From: Caldisericia bacterium
GTDB lineage: Bacteria; Caldisericota; Caldisericia; JAAYUI01
Assembly (NCBI GenBank): GCA_963674785.1
Contig: OY771555.1
Span: forward strand, 943,847-1,007,846
Direction: 5' to 3'
Length of the DNA: 64,000 bases
Shown here: positions 56,983 through 64,000 of the stretch, in pieces
Layout of the letters: each line of letters starts with the position of its first letter
How positions within the stretch are numbered: the stretch's first letter is position 1
Notes under the pieces: model-generated
The model's database searches: none
The model's input: only the letters and a program-made list of their open reading frames with translations
Told to the model about the DNA's origin: nothing
Made by a program: the position numbers and the translations under genes

Positions 56983-57806
56983 TGAGCTCAGAAAAAACTG
57001 CGGATAAACCTGAAATGGTAAAATGCAAGGCTTGTGGAAAACTTACTGATCCACAAACCTATAAAGAGAACCTTTATGTTTGTCCAAAGTGTGGCAACCA
57101 TGGCAGGATGCCTGTTCGTGAAAGAATCGACCTGATGACTGATGAAGGTGGATTCGAAGAACTTTGGGGTGATTTGGTTTCGAAAGACCTGATTGGTTTT
57201 TCCGATGCAATGCCTTACTCCGAAAGGATAGAAAAGTATCGTGCTAAGACTGGTGAAAACGATGCACTTGTTACAGGAAGAGCAAAGATTCATGGAATCG
57301 ATGTTGCTCTTGGAGTAATGAATTTCGATTTCATTGGCGGTTCGATGGGTGTTGTTGTTGGTGAAAAAGTTCTCAGACTTGCCGAATATGCAAAAGATGA
57401 GAAGGTTCCAATGATAATTCTTTCACAGTCGGGTGGAGCAAGAATGCAGGAATCAGTATTTGCCCTGATGCAGCTTGCTCGACTTTCAGGAGCTATCAAG
57501 AGATTCCAGGACGATGGTGGTCTCTTCATCTCTGCAATTGCCCATCCATGTACAGGTGGTGTTTCTGCCTCGTTTGCAATGCAGGGTGATTTAATTGTTT
57601 CTGAGAGTGGTGCATTGATAGGTTTTGCGGGACCTCGTGTAATTGAGCAGACGATTAAACAAAAACTCCCAAAAAATTTCCAAAAAGCTGAATTCCTTCT
57701 GGAAAAGGGCTTCGTTGACAAGGTTGTGGATAGAAAAAATCTGAAGTGGATGCTTGGGAAGCTTCTTTCCTTGTATAAGGGTATTCCCCTCAAGGAGGAA
57801 AACTGA
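56982..57806 (+). CDS. accD: Acetyl-CoA carboxylase carboxyltransferase beta subunit
   Basis: N-terminal zinc ribbon CKACGK...CPKCGNH. Carboxyltransferase G-rich motifs. ATGA overlap with fabF. Confidence 0.85.
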   Translation: MSSEKTADKPEMVKCKACGKLTDPQTYKENLYVCPKCGNHGRMPVRERIDLMTDEGGFEELWGDLVSKDLIGFSDAMPYSERIEKYRAKTGENDALVTGRAKIHGIDVALGVMNFDFIGGSMGVVVGEKVLRLAEYAKDEKVPMIILSQSGGARMQESVFALMQLARLSGAIKRFQDDGGLFISAIAHPCTGGVSASFAMQGDLIVSESGALIGFAGPRVIEQTIKQKLPKNFQKAEFLLEKGFVDKVVDRKNLKWMLGKLLSLYKGIPLKEEN

Positions 57807-58753
57807 TGATCTACTTAGACTTTGAGAAACCAATCGTTGAGCTTGAAGCAAAGCTAGAGGATTTTAGAAAACAAGCCATAAGCCGTTCAATGGACTTAAG
57901 CAGTTCCATAGCGACAGTTAGGGAAGAGATCGAATCAAAGCTTAAGGATATTTACAGTAAACTTACCCCATATCAGATAGTTCAGGTCGCAAGACATGTT
58001 TCCAGACCAAAGCTCATTGACCATGTCAGATTCCTTACCCCGGATTACATTACTATTCATGGTGATAGAAGATTTGGTGATGATAAAGCAATGTGGACAT
58101 CAGTTGGTTCACTTGATGGTCAAACAGTATTTATTATTGGTCAGAGCCGTGGCAGAAATGCCAAGGAAAACCTCGAAAATAATTTCGGTATGGCATCCCC
58201 TGAAGGTTACAGGAAAGCTATGCGTGTGATGGAGCTTGCAGATAAATATAATGCTCCAATCATAACTATGCTTGATACTCCAGGCGCCTATCCTGGAATT
58301 GGTGCCGAGGAACGTGGACAAGCCGAGGCAATTGCAGTAAATATTCGAGATATGTTCGGTATCAATGTCCCAATAGTAACTGTTGTAATTGGTGAAGGTG
58401 GCTCTGGTGGAGCACTCGGAATTGGTGTTGGAGACAAGGTTCTCATGATGCAGAATTCCATGTATTCTGTCATTTCACCAGAAGGTTGTGCATCAATTCT
58501 CTTCAGAGATGGAATGAGATTTAGAGAAACATCTGAAATGTTGAAGCTTACTGCAAAAGACCTCATTGGTCTTGGTCTCATTGATGAGATTATTGAAGAG
58601 CCAATAGGTGGTGCTCATAGGTCACCTGTTGCCGCGATGCAGTTTGTGAAAAATGCAATAACAAAAAGCTTTAAAGAGCTTTCAGAGATTTCTGAACCGA
58701 TTGCGGAATATAGATATAATAAGTACAAAAACCTTCCACCAAAACTAGATTAG
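57806..58753 (+). CDS. accA: Acetyl-CoA carboxylase carboxyltransferase alpha subunit
   Basis: DTPGAYPGIGAEERGQAEAIA and GEGGSGGALG. TGATG overlap with accD. Confidence 0.85.
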   Translation: MIYLDFEKPIVELEAKLEDFRKQAISRSMDLSSSIATVREEIESKLKDIYSKLTPYQIVQVARHVSRPKLIDHVRFLTPDYITIHGDRRFGDDKAMWTSVGSLDGQTVFIIGQSRGRNAKENLENNFGMASPEGYRKAMRVMELADKYNAPIITMLDTPGAYPGIGAEERGQAEAIAVNIRDMFGINVPIVTVVIGEGGSGGALGIGVGDKVLMMQNSMYSVISPEGCASILFRDGMRFRETSEMLKLTAKDLIGLGLIDEIIEEPIGGAHRSPVAAMQFVKNAITKSFKELSEISEPIAEYRYNKYKNLPPKLD

Positions 58754-58776
58754 TATTTTGTTGATTCAGACTTCAA

Positions 58777-58810
58777 CCGGCAAACCTTTTGGTTTGCCGG
58801 TTTTTTTATT
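58777..58810 (+). terminator. Rho-independent terminator of the fab/acc operon
   Basis: ccggcaaacc tttt ggtttgccgg followed by T8. Confidence 0.8.
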
Positions 58811-59323
58811 ATCTTTTATTAGGGTAATATTTGTGTATAGATTAGATATTACGGTGTATTATTTTAGAATGAACGATAATGAATTAAACTCTTTATCCAT
58901 CAAATTATAATATTTTATTACTAAACATCCTATTAATGACTGTTTGTAGTATTACTGTAAGAAATACACTATAAATGGGCTTTTATTTGCAATCAAATAA
59001 ATGACAGTTATAAACTCAATCCTAATCAAAACAAATGTATAGTATTATTAGGAGTATTATTATCACAATTAGTAAGATATACTTCAGTAAACATTTTAAT
59101 TATATATAAAGTATAGAATCTATACAGTGTGAAATGTGGACACGCTATGTGTGTTCGCCTATGTATGCCCTTATAATTCTGAATATTTTTGTGTCAAGAT
59201 TTAAGAGATTCCCTTTAGATGGGAACTAGTTTCACAACAAAGAAATATTGATTAACACGATATTTCTTGCAAAATGTGAATTTTAGACATGAGCTGATTC
59301 TACACAAATTTTTGGAAAAGGGC

Positions 59324-59352
59324 TTGACAATTATGTTAATGCTTGTTAGAAT
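59324..59352 (+). promoter_or_regulatory. Sigma-70-type promoter (TTGACA-17-TAGAAT) for the NtrC-like regulator gene
   Basis: -35 TTGACA at 59324-59329, 17-nt spacer, -10 TAGAAT at 59347-59352, 44 nt upstream of the ATG. Confidence 0.5.
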
Positions 59353-59395
59353 TCGGTCGATATGGACTATAAAAAACCTAACCTGGTAGGGGTGC

Positions 59396-60799
59396 ATGGT
59401 AGCAAAGAAGCGAACAGTACTTATAGCAGATGACGAAGAGGGAATAAGAGACCTTCTCGGCGAGATCTGTGAGGATGAAGGCTGGCGCGTTATTCTTGCC
59501 TCCGATGGTAAGGAAGCGTTGGCAACGGCCAAAAAGGAACATCCCGATGCCGTTGTAATGGATGTCAGGATGCCTGAAATGGACGGCATTACAACATTTG
59601 CGAAAATGAAGGCAGCGGGGATAGATGTTCCTGTTATCTTAATGACAGCATATGGCTCGTCCGATGTTGCAATTGAGGCAATGAAGCAGGGTGCATACGA
59701 CTATATCACCAAGCCTTTTGATATAGAGGAGATGAGGCTCCAGATCAGAAAAGCCCTCAAGCTTCGAGAGCTTACAACAGAAGTCTTTACTCTTAAAACA
59801 GGACTTACCGCAAGCTACAGACTTGAAGAGCTAATTGGAAGTTCATCTGCGATGCAGCAGGTATACAAATCAATAGGAAGGATCGCTGCATCTGATGCAA
59901 CAGTTCTGATTCGAGGTGAATCGGGAACTGGTAAAGAAGTTGTTGCAAGAGCGATCTTTATGAATTCCGATAGACGTGATAAGCCGTTTGTTGCTATCAA
60001 CTGTGCCGCAATCCCAGAGGGTCTTCTTGAATCAGAGCTTTTTGGTCATGAAAAGGGAGCATTCACAGATGCTGTTTCTCAACACAAAGGAAAGTTTGAG
60101 CAAGCCGCTGATGGCACAATTTTCCTTGATGAAATTGGAGATATGGCTCTTTCTCTTCAATCAAAGGTGTTAAGGGTGCTGCAGGATAAATCCTTTGAGC
60201 GCGTTGGTGGCAAACAGATGTTAACATCTGAGGCAAGGGTGCTTGCTGCAACCAACCAAGACCTCGAGATGCTTGTCAAAAATAAACAATTCAGGGAAGA
60301 CCTTTATTATAGATTAAACGTAATGACTATTACTCTTCCACCGCTTCGTGAGCGTAAGGATGACCTTGAGGATTTGATTGACCATTTCGTCAAAAAATAT
60401 TGTAAAAAATACGATAAGGTTATTGCGGGTATTTCACCACAGGCGATTAAAATGCTCAAGAGTTACGACTGGCCAGGAAATGTCAGGGAACTTGAAAACG
60501 CTGTTGCAAGGGCTGTTATTATTGCAAACTCTCCGCTTATACTTCCCGAATATTTACCTCATACAATCGTTAGCTATAAAGCAAGAGACCCGATGTTTGA
60601 AAGAAAAGGGGAACTCCCAAAGCTTCATGATGCAGTTGGAGAACTTGAGGCGGGACTCATAAGAAGAGCTTTAAAAGAGACAAAAGGAAATAGAACAAAG
60701 GCCGCGCAAATGCTTGGTATTCCAAGGCGTTCTTTGTATACGAAGATACAAGAATATAGCATTGATTTGAAGGAGCTTGAACCAGGACATGAGATTTAA
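59396..60799 (+). CDS. Sigma-54-dependent Fis-family response regulator (REC + AAA+ sigma-54 activator + Fis HTH), NtrC-like
   Basis: REC LIADDEEGIRDLL...DVRMPEMDG. Walker A GESGTGKE, the GAFTGA-type motif (reads GAFTDA), C-terminal HTH TKAAQMLGIPRRSLYTKIQEY. Confidence 0.85.
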   Translation: MVAKKRTVLIADDEEGIRDLLGEICEDEGWRVILASDGKEALATAKKEHPDAVVMDVRMPEMDGITTFAKMKAAGIDVPVILMTAYGSSDVAIEAMKQGAYDYITKPFDIEEMRLQIRKALKLRELTTEVFTLKTGLTASYRLEELIGSSSAMQQVYKSIGRIAASDATVLIRGESGTGKEVVARAIFMNSDRRDKPFVAINCAAIPEGLLESELFGHEKGAFTDAVSQHKGKFEQAADGTIFLDEIGDMALSLQSKVLRVLQDKSFERVGGKQMLTSEARVLAATNQDLEMLVKNKQFREDLYYRLNVMTITLPPLRERKDDLEDLIDHFVKKYCKKYDKVIAGISPQAIKMLKSYDWPGNVRELENAVARAVIIANSPLILPEYLPHTIVSYKARDPMFERKGELPKLHDAVGELEAGLIRRALKETKGNRTKAAQMLGIPRRSLYTKIQEYSIDLKELEPGHEI

Positions 60800-60836
60800 T
60801 GTAGTTTCAAGCGATAATAAAGAGCAATTAAGATTT

Positions 60837-60853
60837 GCGACACGGGGTGTCGC
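60837..60853. promoter_or_regulatory. Perfect 7-bp GC-rich inverted repeat GCGACAC-ggg-GTGTCGC between the regulator and the giant surface protein gene
   Basis: Seen in sequence. No T-tract follows it, so it is either an operator or a weak terminator stem. Confidence 0.35.
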
Positions 60854-60875
60854 TATTATGAAAGGAGCAAGTAAC

Positions 60876-63800
60876 ATGAAACGCTTACTTGTAATCGTTC
60901 TTGTTTTTTGTTTGATAGTGCCAATGGTTATGGTGCAGAATACAAATGCTGATGTAAAGAGCATTAAAGTTATTCCATACCCAAAAAAAGCAGGTAAAAT
61001 GGCCTCCTATCATATCTCGTTTAATGTCAACAGAGAGCTTGAGGCTAACAAAGACAGTATAACGGTAACTCTTCCACAGGAAACATTGGTTCCAGAATTT
61101 GTTTCCTCATCGGTTATCTCTGTTAATCCTCAAAAACTCATTGGTGCTGACTACAAACTCACCTATGAAACAGGAGATATTGACTTTACCGATCCACTTC
61201 GCGAAGGAGATATGATTCGTGCATCATACACATACGAGGCAAGTCCAGACTATACGATGATGCCAATTCAGTCAAATGTTAAGTTTTTTGATAGAACATT
61301 TGATTACCTCAGGCTAAGCACTGACCCAAGCGACCCCAGAAGCAATAATGGACAGTTTGATCCAGGTGAATGGGTGTATGAAGACAGAGACAGTGATGGT
61401 CGTATCTCACCAGGTGATAGAAGATTGATGGTCATCCACGGTGTTTTGGGTGGAGACTCAACTGTTGATCCTTTCACTCTTGGAAGTGATGCAAAACAGA
61501 ATTCAATCGTTGCACCAGGTGACCTCGACTGCAACAATTGTACAGGTGGCGGTGTTGGTGTTCCGACTCCTTTGAATCCACTTGTGCCTCTTTCACTCGT
61601 AAGACTCGTCATGCTCGATGTTAATCATGATGGAATCTACAATGAAGGTGACTATCTTCTTGATGACAGAGACATGTCAGATACTGTCACTCAGAACGAC
61701 CTCATGATTACAGGTATCGTACATTATCCACCAAACTCAATTGTTTCATTCAATGATCCAGACTATAGAGACAGAATGGAGAATCTTGAGGGTGGTATGG
61801 TGACTGTACCTCCACTTCAGATTTATTCATTTGACCAGACAACAAATACTACACCAGCTTATGTGTGGAGACATGCAGATGACGGTCCAACCATTGGAAA
61901 ATATGATCCAGGCGAGGCAATCTATCGTGACGGTTATGATGCTACACTCCCATTCCCACCAGGACCAGATCCAACAGGTGGTCCATCAACATATAGTGTT
62001 GATGCTGGTGATACTCGTGCAACATCAATCACAGTGATTCAAAGTGGAATCACTTTCTTCTATCCCGCAGGTTCTGTTGTTGATCAGACTGATAAAGATG
62101 TTGGCACAAGGCTTATCAGTTTCCAGACAGCAACTGGTGAAGAAGAGGGATTCCTTGATGTAAACCAGAGCCAGGGAGTTGGATACTTTGACCCAGGCGA
62201 ACCAATCTACAGAAATAACAATGGTAGAGCTGGATTCCTGTACGATGTTGCAACCGGTGGTGTACAGATAAATGCTATGCCACAGCCAGGCGATGTCAGA
62301 CTTTCTGCATATGCAATCTCTGCTTATGCTCAGGGTTCTGTTGTGCAAACCACACATGCTGACAATGGCAATCAGCTTGTTGACTTCAATAAAGCTCCAA
62401 CACAGACACCAGAGCTTATGGTTGTCGATATTGAAGGACAAACAGATTTCTTCCCGGTTCCTCAGAGATTCCCAATGGAAATGACAAGCAATACCCTTTT
62501 CGCTGGATATGCAGGTGGACAGTTTACACCAGCATACGACGGCTCCTCAAATGCAACATCTCCAAACCCAACCCAGATCACGAATAAGTATTACTATAAC
62601 AGATCAAGAGGCTCTTCAACCTCGGATGATAATTATGTTTTTGGTTCATGGCTCTATAGAGACAATGACCAGTCGGGTTCAGTTACAGTAAATGACACAA
62701 GACTCACCGAGGTAAATATTGCAGTTGGTCAGCAGCATGTCATTTACTCAGCAGGATCAACTGTAAAAGATGGTGAGCTCGATGTAAGATCGATTAGCAC
62801 TCCTCAGGGACCACTTATGCTTGCAGAACCTGCCCTTTGTAATACTGGAACAGGTATTGATGGTATGGCAGTTGACGCTTCAAATAACCCTGCACCAGTT
62901 TTTGCAGAACAATATTTTGAAATCAAACACACTGAAAATATTGCAGTAAACAATAAATTTGATCCAGGCGAATTCCTCTATCTTGATTTGACTCCAGCAA
63001 GTGGTGGTGTGATTGGCGATGGTGTTGTCGATGGTTCAATAAATGGTCCTGGAGCATCTGGTCCAGTTCTAGATCAGTCAGACTGTAGACTTGTACCTGT
63101 TGGTGTTACTTCATTTGGTAACAAACCAATCAGCACAAACTTCCCACTTATCGGTTCAACTCTTACAAAAGGTTGGGCAAGGATTGAAAATAAGGTTATC
63201 GTTCCATACGCAACAGCAGGAACAACTACCGCAAAACTTGATAAAACGGATGTAAAAATCCTCCCAACACTTGAGCCTCCAATGCCACCATCATATTTGA
63301 GTGCAAGTACCCTTACAATCCCAGGTGGAAATACTCCACTTTCAGGTTCAGGTGAATGGTGGATAAAAGTTACAGCAATCAATGAATATGGCGAAGGTGA
63401 GTTCTCAGAATCAATCAAGATCAACTTTGTATCTGGACAAGCTCAAAATGCTGTGAAGATTGACTGGACTCCAGTCCCATATGCAAAATCATACAAAATC
63501 TACAAATCCAGAAATGAAACATACTTCCCACATTCAGCACTTCTTGCTGAGGTGAAAGCTCCGATAACAGAGTACATTGATAGAGGAACAACAATTACCG
63601 AGGGAACACTTCCATACCCATACAAAGCGTCATTTGTGACACTATGGAGATCAAGAAGTGGTGTTGAAAGTGAACTTGTTGAATTCAAGTGTGCTGATTA
63701 TGAAATCAATCTTGATACTGGTATGATCTCATTTAGAAGAGATCTTAAACCATATGAGATCGTGCTTGCCAACTACAAATATGCTGAAGACAAGTCTCAG

Positions 63801-64000
63801 ACAAGTGTAAGTGGTGATCCATGTGATACTGTTGGACATCAGGATGAAAATGTTTATATCGATGTTCAGCATGGAACAGGAAAACTCCTCCATGCACCAG
63901 CAGTTGACCCAACAATCGATCCACTTCATTATTGCTTCAGATTATGGAGAGCACCAACCATTGATCCAAATAACCCATATCTCCTAAGACCAGGCGTCGA
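60876..64000 (+). CDS. Very large secreted surface protein (more than 1040 aa, 3' end outside window) with repeated [FY]DPGE-x-[IVL]Y motif and Fn3-like domain
   Basis: AAAGGAG lies 7 nt before the ATG. Signal peptide MKRLLVIVLVFCLIVPMVMV. The frame is open to the window end. Repeats are FDPGEWVYED, YDPGEAIYRD, FDPGEPIYRN, FDPGEFLYLD. Fn3-like DWTPVPYAKSYKIYKS. Confidence 0.75.
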   Translation, partial: MKRLLVIVLVFCLIVPMVMVQNTNADVKSIKVIPYPKKAGKMASYHISFNVNRELEANKDSITVTLPQETLVPEFVSSSVISVNPQKLIGADYKLTYETGDIDFTDPLREGDMIRASYTYEASPDYTMMPIQSNVKFFDRTFDYLRLSTDPSDPRSNNGQFDPGEWVYEDRDSDGRISPGDRRLMVIHGVLGGDSTVDPFTLGSDAKQNSIVAPGDLDCNNCTGGGVGVPTPLNPLVPLSLVRLVMLDVNHDGIYNEGDYLLDDRDMSDTVTQNDLMITGIVHYPPNSIVSFNDPDYRDRMENLEGGMVTVPPLQIYSFDQTTNTTPAYVWRHADDGPTIGKYDPGEAIYRDGYDATLPFPPGPDPTGGPSTYSVDAGDTRATSITVIQSGITFFYPAGSVVDQTDKDVGTRLISFQTATGEEEGFLDVNQSQGVGYFDPGEPIYRNNNGRAGFLYDVATGGVQINAMPQPGDVRLSAYAISAYAQGSVVQTTHADNGNQLVDFNKAPTQTPELMVVDIEGQTDFFPVPQRFPMEMTSNTLFAGYAGGQFTPAYDGSSNATSPNPTQITNKYYYNRSRGSSTSDDNYVFGSWLYRDNDQSGSVTVNDTRLTEVNIAVGQQHVIYSAGSTVKDGELDVRSISTPQGPLMLAEPALCNTGTGIDGMAVDASNNPAPVFAEQYFEIKHTENIAVNNKFDPGEFLYLDLTPASGGVIGDGVVDGSINGPGASGPVLDQSDCRLVPVGVTSFGNKPISTNFPLIGSTLTKGWARIENKVIVPYATAGTTTAKLDKTDVKILPTLEPPMPPSYLSASTLTIPGGNTPLSGSGEWWIKVTAINEYGEGEFSESIKINFVSGQAQNAVKIDWTPVPYAKSYKIYKSRNETYFPHSALLAEVKAPITEYIDRGTTITEGTLPYPYKASFVTLWRSRSGVESELVEFKCADYEINLDTGMISFRRDLKPYEIVLANYKYAEDKSQTSVSGDPCDTVGHQDENVYIDVQHGTGKLLHAPAVDPTIDPLHYCFRLWRAPTIDPNNPYLLRPGV

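Noticed and set aside
60800-60875. Sigma-54 (-24/-12) promoter for the giant surface protein gene downstream of the NtrC-like activator
   Set aside because: No TGGCAC-N5-TTGC-like element is visible in the 76-nt spacer. Only a GC-rich inverted repeat and an SD are present.
61304-63929. Several minus-strand ORFs (61304..61612, 62025..62441, 63074..63424, 63500..63688, 63729..63929) and plus-strand frame-1 ORFs
   Set aside because: All lie inside the single long open frame (frame of 60876) that encodes a coherent signal-peptide-bearing repeat protein.
1-64000. CRISPR arrays, tRNA/rRNA genes, IS elements or integrases
   Set aside because: No regularly spaced direct repeats with unique spacers were found. 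No cloverleaf-like GC-rich segments were found in the intergenic regions. No transposase or integrase motifs (DDE, tyrosine recombinase R..H..R..Y) were found among the ORFs.

Overview
This is a 64 kb window from a low-GC bacterial chromosome (about 37% GC by eye). It carries the Sec machinery gene selA, sigma-54/NtrC-type regulation, many lipoproteins with LxxC lipoboxes, and several large secreted proteins with copper-amine-oxidase N-terminal-like (CAO-N) wall-binding modules, which fits a probable anaerobe. I found no tRNA, rRNA or CRISPR array. The housekeeping content is a hybrid histidine kinase, cinA, a NIF3-family gene, nth, selA, and a fabZ-fabH-fabG-acpP-fabF-accD-accA operon followed by an NtrC-like activator. 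Three accessory modules stand out. The first is a compact minus-strand operon of four paralogous 67-69 aa Cys-rich peptides, each with a strong SD sequence, followed by a radical SAM/SPASM enzyme; this looks like a RiPP-type biosynthetic cluster. The second is a tandem array of six VOC (glyoxalase/bleomycin-resistance fold) paralogs. The third is an NAD-centred defence island: a tightly packed cysK-GNAT-(TIR-like-SIR2)-TIR operon, divergent from two tandem SIR2-NB-ARC-TPR STAND genes. The first 199 of the first ~200 codons of those two STAND genes are identical at the amino-acid level, yet they carry dozens of purely synonymous nucleotide differences. The accessory region between ~24.7 kb and ~50.5 kb also holds several tandem paralog pairs, a 75-bp direct repeat flanking a three-gene cassette, a Rieske oxygenase, a WYL regulator operon and a 450-bp AT-rich island. 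All calls rest on motif reading of the supplied translations, since no searches could be run.
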